This document shows, piece by piece, positions 39,896 to 51,705 of a stretch of 64,000 bases of DNA. This DNA comes from Tubulanus polymorphus (Eukaryota > Animalia > Nemertea). Location: the NCBI RefSeq assembly GCF_964204645.1, contig NC_134028.1, forward strand, positions 18,731,653 to 18,795,652, in the 5' to 3' direction. Both the position numbers and the translations under genes were made by a program. A model generated the notes under the pieces. The model made no database searches. It was not told where the DNA came from and worked only from the letters and a program-made list of their open reading frames with translations. Each line of letters starts with the position of its first letter. Positions within the stretch are counted from its first letter, which is position 1.

Positions 39896-40350
39896 CTAAG
39901 TAAAGTCAAAAAGGTCTACTCTAGTTTTCTTGCCGTCTTTTACTCCAATAACATTTCCATGCGATACGAAAACAGAGTCATAAAGTCCGCTTTTAGAAGC
40001 ATCTATACGTAATTTTGAAATTTCTGCTGCCTTCCGAGATCCGGTGCCTTTAAGGCTTTTCCTGTAAGACAGGACTCTATCACGGACTGATCTATCTTTA
40101 AACCTCACTATAATTCCTGGTGTTTTGTTAGAGGTCGTGTTCTGTCGAAGTCGATGCGCCACTTCAATGTTACCTATGGTTACTTTCTCACTTTTCGGTT
40201 TCTTTAGAATTTTAATCACCTTGTCCATCACAATCTCAGCGCAGTTGTTCTCATCTTGTGTGACACTAGGTAACGACGGTCCGTAGAAACGCAGATTATT
40301 ACGTCGAGAGTACTGACGTAAATTCTCTTCTGTTAATTCTTGGACAAATT
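39896..40350 (-). pseudogene. LINE ORF1 C-terminal part (L1-type RRM)
   Basis: QYSRRNNLRFYG, IEVAHRL and IIVRF motifs. Confidence 0.8.
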
Positions 40351-41780
40351 TTGAACATTGATGCTTTCTCAACCTATAATCATCTAATTAGAATTACAGC
40401 TTGGATGAGACGGTTTATTGGTAACGTTCGGAATAATGTAAGCAAACTTAAATCGGGTAATCTCGGACATTTTGAGATTCGTACGGCTGAAATGGAATGG
40501 TTTAAAATCTTTCAAAGTCAATACTTGTCAGATATTATTGATCGTTTACAAGGTAAAAACAATAGAAAACTCCCTGTAATCAATAGACTTCAGTTATATT
40601 TGGATAATGAAGGTTTGGTTAGGTGCCGTGGACGCATTCAGAACTCGTCTCCTACTCTAGATTGTAAACATCCAATTCTTATTCTAAAAAACTCAACATT
40701 AGCGCGTCTAATCGTAAATAAGGCATATATGGCTGTTTCTCATTTTGGAATAAATGCTACCGTAGCCAAAATAAGAGAACGTTTTTGGATACCTCAAATA
40801 AGACATAGCGTTAAAAGTGTATTACGTCACTGTGTAATTTGTCGTCGTGTTGCAGGTAAACCATTCAATTTACCTATACCATCGCCACTACCGTCTTGTA
40901 GGCCGTTTTACTATACTGGCTTAGACTGTTGTGGTTATATGGTAGACGTATTACTGAGTTGCCATATCCTGTTGAGGAAACTGATCCAGATTATATCTCT
41001 TCACGATCTGAATTACTGAAACGTTTTGTAAAACATCTTGGTAAACTGCAATTTCGGTCGAGGTGGAAACATGAATATCTAGTGAATTTAAGGGAATCGC
41101 ATTTACATTCTAATTCTAAAACAGGAGCAATTGTTTTAATTCATCATGATGATTCAAAACCTCGTCTTAAATGGAAGTTAAGTAAAATTACTGAACTTCA
41201 CGAAGGATATGATAACATTGTACGATCAGTTTCTCTCAAAACGGCAAACGGTTACACAAATAGACCAGTATCGAAATTGTATCGATTGGAAGTGTTTGAT
41301 GATAATAGGGAAGAAAGATCAGATAATTGTAACGAACAACAAACTAATCGGCCATTGAGGAAGGCTAAAACTGTGGCCTAAGAACGGCTACGTAGTAGTT
41401 GAGTAATACTTGAGTACTTTAAATACTACAGTCTATAATTATCATTATGATGTGTCTTCAATTTGTATGTAAAACGTTTGTTGTACCATTTACACATTTT
41501 CATGTTGAAATTAATTGCCAATTTTTTGGTGGTGGGGAGTGTCATGACTGATATGCTATATTGTACATTTCAATATATTACAAGTTACAGTCTGTGGTTT
41601 TGTATACAGTATTCTAAAGTTGGCATCCAGTCATACCACAATCTATTCTCAATCAACTGTAAAATGTTAACTGACCATATAATCATGTACGCTATATACA
41701 GTCCTCTGAATAAAGCCGTTAGACATTCGAGTTCATATTACTACACCGTGTTGGTCGTTTACTTTGGGTCCGCCGCATTT
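40351..41780 (+). mobile_element. BEL/Pao retrotransposon 3' piece: integrase zinc-finger region, DUF5641-like C-terminus, PPT and start of 3' LTR
   Basis: LIRITAWMRRF, HPILI, RERFWI...CVICRR, PFYYTGLD, WKHEYL..LRE, VRSV.LKT..RPVSKLY.LE. Purine tract GGTGGTGGGGAG is followed by TGTCATG at 41540 and AATAAA at ~41710. Confidence 0.9.
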
Positions 41781-41786
41781 CGGACT

Positions 41787-42646
41787 ATGGCCGACTGGCA
41801 GCCATTGTTGTTTGCCAAAATCAGCACTTTTTACACATTTTTTAAACTTTTTGAGGGAAATTTTGAAGACGCTTTTACCTTGATCTTTCGTATATATTTG
41901 AATCCCCCAAGGGCCCATCAGCATAAGACAATTTGGGTCGATCGGACTCAAGATGGCCATCCTATGACCCTTTTAGTGGCCAAAAATGTCAATTTTGGCC
42001 GAATTTCTGGGTCCTGTAGCTTCCTACTGGTTTGCCATTTCTCATTGCAATTTATGATGGGTATATTTTGGAAAGGGATGTTTTATACTTGAGACAGGTA
42101 TTTTTGATCAGCCAATTATGATGATGCAACTGGCGGCCATCTTGGTGTCATCAGTACTTATTCGTAGGTGTTCCATAACGTGTTCTATGATTTTGGTGAG
42201 TTTCAATATCATTGGTTTTTGTATATGGCCACTAGGGGGCGTTGAACAATGCAATAACTTAGTCCTTCCATATTAACCTAGTATTTCCATATTATATTTG
42301 TACCTATGCATATTTTGTTACCACAATCAATTGCAAAGTCGTAGCTCATGATATCGTCGATGATTGTGGTGAGTTTTAAGGACATTAGTTATTCGATCTG
42401 GTCATCAGGGGGCGTTGAATAGTAAAATAACTTAGTATTTCCTTATAAGATTAGTACCTAGGCATCTTCTGTTACCATGATCAACTGCAAAATTGTAGTT
42501 CATGACATATTCTATGATTTTGGCGAGTTTCAAGGTCATTGGTTTTTGTATATGGTCACCAGGGGGCGTTGAATATTGAAATTGTTAGATTGTTGAGCAT
42601 TTGAAACCACTTCCCAAGTGGGCATGGAGTCCCTGGACTCCTAGTT
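41787..42646 (+). mobile_element. HINE family A copy, 5'-truncated
   Basis: Matches 13835-14912; 3 central motifs; ends CCCAAGTGGGC, perfect hairpin GGAGTCC-CT-GGACTCC, then CTAG-TT. Confidence 0.85.
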
Positions 42647-43334
42647 TATCAACTGATTTAGAAGAGCCAGCCTAAAAATCGCTTTAAATTCCGAAAAATA
42701 TCGGTAACTAAAGTTTTTTAAGTGGGTCGTCGGATCACCGGGAACCAGTCAAACGGAAAACCGAAAACGCGGAAACGGCTGTTTATCATATAATCACCAA
42801 ACATTTACATCAAACTGAACAGATACATATCATCCTCGCTTAGGATGAACTTGCTCTATTATTTTTACGAGTGCCAATTTCTCCCGAAAGCTGAATATTC
42901 AACAACACCCTTTGTACGAATACATATATATAGTAAAGTGATAAGTCGTCTTTACTTTTCTATTATGTTGAACTTAATAAGTAAAAATATTGTCACTTTC
43001 CATACACCTGTTTCTGACAAAAACTTGAAAATAATGTACATCCGATTCCGTTTTTTCATCTTCAACCGTCAAAGGATTCGAATCCACTACGATTGAATTG
43101 AATGATTTAGATTTCATCTTTTAATTTCTTCTCACTCATTATCGTACAGGATGTGCATAATTTTCCATTTCAAGCACGAAGCGATCGCGTGCGTTCATTT
43201 AAAGGCTTAACAACTAAATCCTCCAAAAATTTATGAGCTGTAACTTGAATGACATAAGGTGGCAAAAAATCAATGTTCAAAATATTTCATCACCTTCAAA
43301 GGCGAAGATCCATCTTAATCAGTAGTAATAGGGG

Positions 43335-43721
43335 TTTAGTTGTTCTAAGCCAAAGGTCGAACGGTCGAGCTCATTAAAAACAAAATATTAAAAGTAATTT
43401 AAAACCATAATATATTTTCATAGCCGTGTGCATTTTATATTATAACTAAATATTTATTCTAAGATATTAATAATTTAAATTTTAAAAGCATATTGTATTA
43501 AATCAATTGGTCGCTCCGCTTCGCTACCGCTCCGCTCCGCGACCAATTGATTTATTTACAATACACAAATTCATATAATCAAATATATTCAAATAATAAT
43601 AATTATTCTATTTTTTAACTAAAATACACACGGCTATGAAAATATATTATAGTTTTAAATTACTTTTAATATTTGTTTTTAATGAACTCGACCATTCAAC
43701 CTTTAACCTAGAACAACTAAA
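43335..43721 (-). other. Large terminal hairpin within the left TIR
   Basis: Outer arms 43335-43437 and 43620-43721 are reverse complements (8 substitutions, 1 indel). Perfect 16-bp inner stem 43499-43514/43539-43554 with a 24-nt (TCCGC)n loop. Confidence 0.9.
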
Positions 43722-43769
43722 CAACTAAAAGCAAGACACAATAAAACTAAAACACATTTAGAGAATAAG

Positions 43770-46700
43770 TTGAAATTAGAATATAAAGATGATATATTAG
43801 AAACTAAATTAGATGAATTAAAGAATGAAAAAGAAACATACAAATGTGATACATGTAATCAATCATTCAGTGATAAAAGATATTATAATAAACATTTAAA
43901 ATCTAAAAGTCATATTAGAAATAAGAATAATGATATTTTAGGTGAGGATTATTTTGATAATGACAATGATAAGAAAGATCAGACAATTAAAAGAATAAGA
44001 AATAAATTAAACAATAAAAGACCATACATGGAAGATGTAAGAAATTATATTAATTCATTAGATAATAAAAAAGATATAGAGATAACCGAAGCATTCAAAA
44101 GTGATATTGGTCCAGCAGCTATTGAGTTTAAATTTCATAAAGGAAAAACATTAGAAGAAAATAAAAAACATTTAGAAAATATGAAAAATATTATAAAAAT
44201 AATTACAGATGTTGAATATCCTAAAATTAATATATCTTCTAAAGTAAAGTTTATAAAATCTGAAGATAAACCAATATATAATATAAATTCTCATTCACAA
44301 CATATTATATCTAAACAACATATAGATGAAAAATTAGATAAATGTTATAATGAAGTAAAAACTAAAATAGAAGAGAAATATTTTGAAGGATCAGGTTTAA
44401 TATTTGATGAAATAATATTTATGACTTTACATGTTTATAACACAAAATATAATAAGTTAACTAAATCAAAACCAATAGATGAAAATAATGTATCATATTA
44501 TAAAGAACCAGATATTGAAGCAGCGAGTTATATTAAACTACCATTTAAAACTAATGCTGTTATAAATGTACAAAATTTTGATGATAAATGTTTTCTATGG
44601 ACAATTATAAGTTGTTTACACCCAGTTGAAGATTATAATAAACATACTTATAGATTAACTCCTTATAAACCATTTGAAAATAATTATAAGATAGATAAGT
44701 ATCCTGTTACAATTAAAAGTATCCCAAAAATAGAAAGAGATAATAATTTAAGAATAAATGTATTTGATTTAATCAAATTACCAAAAACAAAAGGTAACAA
44801 TATAAAACATTATACATTATAACCTTTATATCTATCAAAAGATTATGATTCAAACGATGTTATAGATATATTATATTATGAGAATCATTATATGTGGATT
44901 AAAAGAATTGATTTATTTTTTAAATCAGAAAATGATTTTGATAATAAAATATATCTATGTAGAAAATGTTTACATAAATTCAGAACTGAAAGTGCATTAT
45001 TAAATCGTAAACAATTATGTGAAAATCATGATTATTGTAAATTAGTTTTACCAAATGAAAAAGATAAAATATAAGAATTCAAAAAATATGATTACAAAAA
45101 TAAAGTTCCATTTGTTATATATGGAGATTTTGAATCATTAAATAAAGAATTAACTGATCAAGATGGAAAAGAAATATATTACAAAAGAAAGAAATTAAAT
45201 TCTGAAAATGATTTCTCAGAAGAACCACCAATAACAAATACTATTAAAAAGATTCATCAAACTGCTGCAGCTTTCGGATTATATATTAAATCTGATTATC
45301 CAGAACTAATTAAAAGTGAATATTATCATTATAGAAATGAAAATGTTATCAATCATTTTTGTGACTTATTAATTGAATATGAAATAAGATTTAGTAAATT
45401 ATTGAATACAAATATAGAAATTATAATGACCGAAGAAGATAAAGAAGAATTTGTGTTTACAGCTAAATGTTATTATTGTGAAAAGATATTTAATTATAAA
45501 GATAAAAAAGTAAGAGACCATAATCATTTGAACGGAAAGTTTTGAGGCGCTGCACATGAGAATTGTAACTTACAAGCTAAGAAAATTAACTTTGTACCAG
45601 TTATATTTCATAATCTATCAGGATATGATGCACATTTATTCATAAAGCAACTATGTCATAAAACAGAAGAAATTAATAATGAAATAGAAAGATTAAATTC
45701 AAATAGATCAAAAGATAAAATACCAGCTTATAAATTTAAAATGTTAGCTAGAACATCTGAGAATTATATATCATTCCAATTTGGATGCTTAAGATTCATA
45801 GATTCATATAGATTTTTAAATAGTTCATTAGATAACTTATCAAAATCATTAGTTGATGATGAATTAAGAATATTAAAGCAACACTACCCAAATAATGATG
45901 ATTTCCAATAAATGAGATATAAAGGCGCAATTCCATATTCTTTCTATGAAAATCATAATGATTTTAATATAACTGAATTATTGAAAGAACAATTCTATGA
46001 GGAATTAAAAAATAAATATGTTAAAGATGAAGTATATAATAGGATATTGAATATTTGGAATCATTTTGGAATGAAAAATCATGGGCAATTAGTAGATTTA
46101 TATTTAAAATCAGATGTACTATTATTAACTGATATATTTGAAAGGTTTAGAGATGTAAACTTAAAATATTTTAACATTGATCCTTGTCATTGTTATTCAT
46201 CACCAGGTTTAACATGGGATTGTGGTTTAAAATTTACAGATATAAAAATGGATTTGTTAACAAATATAGATCAATTATTATTATTTGAAAAATCTATAAG
46301 AGGAGGAGTTTCAGGTGTATTAGGTGATAGATATTTCAATGTAAATGATAACCCCGGATATAAATTATTATATATAGATGCAAATAATTTGTATGGTTGG
46401 GCAATGATGGAACCACAACCTTATGGAGGATTTGAAATAAGTGAAGTTTTACAACATGAAAATAATGACAAATTTGATTGGAAGAAAATAATTCTAGTTA
46501 TTGCAGATGATTAAGATACTGGTTACTTTTTTGTTGTAGATTTAGAATATCCTGAACATATTAAATTTAAATCTAGAAATCTAGCATACTGCCCAGAACA
46601 TAAAACTGTAACTCATGAAGAATTATCAAATTATCAAAAAAGAATTAAACCCGAAAATCATATTCATACAGAAAAGTTAATGGTAACTCAAGAAGATAAA

Positions 46701-47711
46701 TATAATTATGTAGTACATTATAGAATGTTAAAGTTTTATCTAAAACAAGGAATGATTCTAAAAAAAGTACATAGATATATTTCATTCAGTCAATCTAAAT
46801 GGTTAGAAAAATATATAGATTTTAACACCAAACGGAGAACTGAAGCTTAAACTGATTTCGAGAAAGATTTCTTCAAGTTAATGAATAATGCATTCTATGG
46901 TAAGACTTGTGAAAATATTAGAAATAGAAATGATATTGAGTTGGTTAGTAATGGTAAAAGAATTAGACATTTACAAACATATCCTAAATTTATAGGTAAC
47001 AGAATATTTGATGAACATTTAGCTGCAGTTAAAATGAGAAGAACATCTATGAAATTTAATAAACCAATTTATGTTGGTGCTTCAGTTTTAGAATTATCAA
47101 AGTTATTAATGTATGAATTCTATTATAATGTATTACAACCTCATTCTGGAGAAAAACATATTGAAATATTATATTTTGATACAGGTTCTTACATATTAAA
47201 GATAAAAACTAATAACATAACTGATGATTTAAAAACATTAAAACATCATTTTGATTTTAGTAACTATCCTAAAAATCATGAATTGTTTAGTAATGATAAT
47301 AAAAAGCGACCCGGGAAGTTTAAGGATGAATTAGATGGTGAAGAAATGATTGAATTCATTGGTATTAGATCTAAAATGTATAGTTATAAAACCAAAACTC
47401 ATGAATCAAAGAAATTGAAAGGAATTACCAAAAGCGTTGTTGAAAAGAATATTCATTTCAAAGATTACATCAATTGTATATTCAAAGAAGAAGTTAGAAA
47501 ACATTAGATGAAATGTTTAAGATCTGAGTACCACGAAATGTTTATTGAAGAAATAGAAAAGGTAAGTCTAAACCCATTTGATGATAAAAGATATATTTTA
47601 GTTGATGGAATTCATACAGTTGCTTATGGTTGTAATTTAGATGAATATCTAAAGTTCAAAAGAGAAGAAACAAAAGAGAATGAGATAATGAAAAGAATTC
47701 TAACGTGTTAA
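43770..47711 (+). pseudogene. Protein-primed family B DNA polymerase with N-terminal C2H2 finger and inserted endonuclease VII-like domain
   Basis: One reading frame with 7 in-frame stops (44820, 45072, 45543, 45909, 46512, 46848, 47505). Motifs: DDKCFLW, IYGDFES, C..C..VRDHNHLNGKF*GAAHENCN, FHNLSGYD, FIDSYRF, IRGG, YIDANNLYG, KLMNNAFYGK, YFDTGS (catalytic DTD changed to DTG), GKFKDE, DDKRYI. Confidence 0.95.
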
Positions 47712-47740
47712 TCAAATTTTAATAAAAATATGTTATTAAA

Positions 47741-48094
47741 ATAGAGAGTAAACAAGCAAACAGTGAGAACAACAAATTATTTCTAGATAGAATAAAAGAT
47801 ACTTCAAATGTCAAATCAGTAGATTATAAATTAAAGAAGTTAAAAGAATTAATAATCCATAAGAAATATCTAATTACAAATATTGATACAGTTACTAACA
47901 AATATGGAGATAAATTAGTTATACACTTAGAATATGAAGGATTAAAAGGAAATAAATATAAATTCAGAACATATTTACCAGATAGATTTCATAGATTATC
48001 AAGTGAAGACCTAGAAGAATTATGTTCAGGTGATTTCTATTTCATATATAAGGGTAAGAATGAAAAAGGGCACCATGAAATAGATTTCGAATAA
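47741..48094 (+). pseudogene. Unannotated 117-codon Maverick ORF (start mutated to ATA), possibly an OB-fold-like protein
   Basis: Stop-free frame ...KLKELIIHKKYLITNIDTVTNKYGDKLVIHLE...RTYLPDRF...FIYKGK...IDFE* filling the gap between PolB and penton. The fold assignment is inferred from the motif pattern only. Confidence 0.6.
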
Positions 48095-48111
48095 GAAAAT
48101 ATGTAAAATAA

Positions 48112-48863
48112 ATGGTAGAATTAAAAGAATACAGAATATTTGTTGATTCAAGAAAACTTACAAATTATAAATCTCATAATTTACTAATACAATTAGATAG
48201 AGAATTCAAGAATTGTGTTGATTTAAAATTAGTTAATATTAGTTTATGTAATTCTTTTTACAATATATCGAATAAAACTATTGAACATAATACTTTTTTA
48301 ATTCATATTAGAATTGTAAATAAATGGTTTCATCTAATTTTAAAACCAGGATTATATGATTTAGAAACATTATCTCAAGAAATTAATCGAAGAGCACGGT
48401 TGAAAAATTAGAAAAGATGATAAATTTTTAATTAGATTTATAAAAAGTGATAGCACAAATAAAATTAAAATAAAGGTATTTGATGAAAGTCAACATGCAT
48501 TTATAGTAAAAAAACCATTAGCTAAATTGGTAGGAATTGCACCAGATGTTGTTACAGTAAACGTAGAAGGCATTTCAAATATAATACCTTTTACACACTT
48601 TTATATTTATTGCAATTTATTTGATCCTACAAAAACATTTGAAGCAACTAAAGATACAACATGTAATTCTAGTATATTAAATATTTTACCATTGAACAAT
48701 GTTAAACAATAGATAAATTATAATTTAGCTGAATGTGATTTTAAATCTTGTATTCCTCAATTTAATAATTTTAAATTAGAAGTAAGAAATCACAATGGAT
48801 ATTTAATTTTATTTGAATAACTTTCCTGTAATTTATGAATTAGTTATAAGATGTAAAGAGTAA
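48112..48863 (+). pseudogene. Minor capsid protein (penton, single jelly roll), disrupted
   Basis: Pattern LIQLDREF..V.LKL..ISL.NSFYNI, LKPGLY, FYIYCNLF, ILNILPL, F..FKLEVRNHNG..LNNFPVIYEL is typical of Polinton/NCLDV pentons; broken by stops or frameshifts near 48411, 48712 and 48815. Confidence 0.72.
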
Positions 48864-48879
48864 TTTTTTCATTATATAA

Positions 48880-49239
48880 ATGAATATAACTGTTGGACCG
48901 AGTATATGTTTTGGGTTCGATTTTAAGCGTGAGAAAGAAATGAAATTTAACATTACTGATGTAATAACACATATCAAAAATATTGCATTTTCTAATGAAA
49001 CAACATTTGAGTATGAAACAACAATAGAAATAGAAACTTTAAATGTAGAAAAGATTACTAATTTAATTAGAGAATCTTTAAGATTTTATGAATTAGATGA
49101 AGATTTTATCATCGATGATATTAAAAAAATAATAATTGAAATATATACAAATGAAACTAGTAATGAAATAAATGTTGAATTAATCATAAATAAGTTAACT
49201 AAATATTTTGAAGATAGCAATTTTTTGATAAATAAATGA
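48880..49239 (+). CDS. Maverick hypothetical protein (119 aa, acidic)
   Basis: Intact ORF starting at TAAATG; homologue in the relict copy at 19403-20563. Confidence 0.75.
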   Translation: MNITVGPSICFGFDFKREKEMKFNITDVITHIKNIAFSNETTFEYETTIEIETLNVEKITNLIRESLRFYELDEDFIIDDIKKIIIEIYTNETSNEINVELIINKLTKYFEDSNFLINK

Positions 49240-49457
49240 GTGATAATAAGTGGATAATAACTGGATTATATAATGGAGCATTACTATCAGTTGGAACTGT
49301 TGGTTATTCAATGGTACTAAAAAAAGTATTTAAAATGGTAAGTGTTAATGTTGATAGATTTGATATAAATGATATTTTAAAATTAACGTTGGCAGTAACT
49401 TTATCTAATTTAACTATTGATTATTTGGAAAAACAAAAATATATTCCTCCTATATAA
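49236..49457 (+). CDS. Maverick small hydrophobic protein (73 aa)
   Basis: Intact ORF at TAAATG with two hydrophobic segments; homologue at ~30563-30770. Confidence 0.75.
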   Translation: MSDNKWIITGLYNGALLSVGTVGYSMVLKKVFKMVSVNVDRFDINDILKLTLAVTLSNLTIDYLEKQKYIPPI

Positions 49458-49481
49458 ATGCGCAATTATTTTACTAAATAA

Positions 49482-49904
49482 ATGGCTCCTGCAGTTATAA
49501 CTATTATAGGATCGGCAATTGTTAACGCTTTAGCATTTACTGGTGGTGGTTATTTATTTAAACATATTGATAAAAATGGATCATTATCAGAACAAAAAAG
49601 ACATAACTTAGCATTACAGAAATACAATAAAGCTGCAGAAGAATATAGAGAAAAAAGACAAAACTATATGGATTATATTAACAAGGAATTATATGATCAG
49701 AAGATTTCACATAGAGATTTTCAATCAGTTGATGATGCAATGAGTTTATATAACGCGGTAACCAATAAAGAAAAATTACATCTATACAAACCTAAATTAT
49801 CAGATTATTATACGCCAAGTAAAGAACAACCGAAATATGAAATAATATGGATTTTAGGTGGAACTGTTATTGTTATATTTGTAGCGTATAGATTTACTAA
49901 TTAG
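49482..49904 (+). CDS. Maverick membrane-anchored coiled-coil protein (140 aa)
   Basis: Gly/Ala-rich hydrophobic N-terminus (IIGSAIVNALAFTGGG), helical EQKRHNLAL segment and C-terminal TM WILGGTVIVIFVAY; homologue at 30788-31176. Confidence 0.8.
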   Translation: MAPAVITIIGSAIVNALAFTGGGYLFKHIDKNGSLSEQKRHNLALQKYNKAAEEYREKRQNYMDYINKELYDQKISHRDFQSVDDAMSLYNAVTNKEKLHLYKPKLSDYYTPSKEQPKYEIIWILGGTVIVIFVAYRFTN

Positions 49905-49923
49905 TAATTTCTTTGCTAAATAA

Positions 49924-50325
49924 ATGGATGATAAAGTTGATAATATTGATATTATTCCTCATGATATAAATAAAACTAAATTAAAAACATATTTAGAAAA
50001 ACAAATATTAGAATTTGAAAGTGACTTAAAAATAAAAAAGAAAAAATATTTAAAAAGTAAAATTATATATTATTTTATTATTAGTGGTTCGGTTACAATT
50101 AGTTCTGTAATAACATTTTTAGCAATATTCAGTCCATTAACACCTTTAGCTATATCAATTGGTGTATTCGGATTAAGTTCAAGTGTTTTAACTGGTATAA
50201 GTTCAAAATTGAATATAAAAAGTAATAATGAAAAAATTAAAACTAATATAAAAGAAATTAATAAATTAAAGAATACACTAGATTATATAATAAGTTTAAA
50301 TGGTCATATAACAGTTGAAGAATAA
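49924..50325 (+). CDS. Maverick two-TM-helix protein (133 aa; stop possibly premature, frame reopens to 50358)
   Basis: IIYYFIISGSVTISSVITFLAIF and LAISIGVFGLSSSVLTGI helices flanked by basic coiled segments; TAAATG start. Confidence 0.72.
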   Translation: MDDKVDNIDIIPHDINKTKLKTYLEKQILEFESDLKIKKKKYLKSKIIYYFIISGSVTISSVITFLAIFSPLTPLAISIGVFGLSSSVLTGISSKLNIKSNNEKIKTNIKEINKLKNTLDYIISLNGHITVEE

Positions 50326-50374
50326 GATAAATTATTAAAAGAATTAATAAATTATTAATTTTTTAATTATATGA

Positions 50375-51690
50375 ATGGTAGATAGTTTTCCAAAAGCTTT
50401 CCAATATAATAAATCAATTAAATATAATATTCCAGCAATAGATTTAAATAAAGATATTTCATATAGAAATGAAGTTTTAAATTCATTAATTGATTTATAT
50501 ATTTATGTTACTGAAACTAATTATTTTAATGTTAAGGTGGAAAATATATTTCATGTGTATACAATTGATTTTAAAAATTTAAATGAGGCAAAACAATGGT
50601 TATTAAAATCTAATATGAAATATTGGCAGAAACAATTAAATTTTACTGTTTATTGTGCAACAACTGGTTGTGGTATAAGTTGGAATGATCATTTAAACAA
50701 ACCAAGTTTACCATTAATATTATCACTCTTTAGATTTCATACATATTTTCAAAAAAAATTAATATTAAATGAATTAGAATGTCCTTTACCAGGTTCAAAA
50801 TATTTTAATGAACTCAATAATAATATTAATTTTTTCGAAGTTTTATAAAATATGTAATGAATTTAATATTAATTCAAATAATGATTTTAGATCAAAAATT
50901 GGTACAATGGGTGGATTAGGAATATTTTATACTAAGTAATTTGGAAAAATAATGACAAATACAGATATAAGAACACTAAATTGGAATGAATTACCACAAT
51001 ATTATAATAATATACAGCAACAAAACAATAATGGTTGGATTAATTTCATTTTAGAAAATAGTGAAGGTTTTACTAAAGCTGGAATACAAAGAATAAATCA
51101 ATCAATTAGAACTGATTTGATCTGTATTTTAGGCGCGCAAGTTGAAACAAGATCACCAATAGTTGGAAATGATAACACTTCATTTGATGTGCAGAAACAA
51201 TTTAAAGTATTATTTGAAGATTCCATTCATAATGATAAAAATAGATCGATTCCAGAAAACATTGTAAGATATCAAAATTATCTAGATAAATCACATATAA
51301 GATTAGATTATTGTATAGGCCTTAATCTATTCATTATTTCTAATGATTTAGTATTAAAGATGGGAAATATAATTGGTTATAATAATTTAATTAAAACTGC
51401 TACAATAAATAATTCATTTGGATTGAATGATATAAATAAAAAGATTATCAACGCTCCAAAATTAATGGAAGGTGAAAAAAATAAAAAACATATTCAATCA
51501 ACAGAAACTAAAACTAAGAATATTAAATTGGAAAATAAAAGATTACAATGCATCAGAAAATATTAAAACTGATAATATTCAACGTGAAATAATTAAACTA
51601 AATGATGATAATAAATCCCATGAAAATGCTAAATTAGCTTTAACTTGTATAGGAATTGTTATAGAAGGAATATTATATTTTAAATTTTAA
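50375..51690 (+). pseudogene. Conserved Maverick protein of unknown function with C-terminal TM, disrupted
   Basis: Fragments 50375-50848, 50952-51566 and 51472-51690. Motifs WQKQLNF..YCATTGCGISW.DHL, FRFH.YFQ, GFTKAG..RINQSIR...ILGAQ..TR, and HE..KLAL followed by a TM segment. Confidence 0.75.
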
Positions 51691-51705
51691 TTTTTTATTA
51701 TGTAA

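Noticed and set aside
41463-42092. 209-aa ORF
   Set aside because: Chance read-through across the Pao LTR and a HINE; the same HINE peptide appears in ORFs 13577 and 13921.
43770-47711. Stop-codon reassignment or readthrough explaining the in-frame stops in PolB
   Set aside because: TAA, TGA and TAG all occur and appear to replace different residues (e.g. Arg in GKFRGAAH, likely Leu and Lys elsewhere). The catalytic Asp is also mutated and neighbouring genes have frameshifts, so this is ordinary decay.
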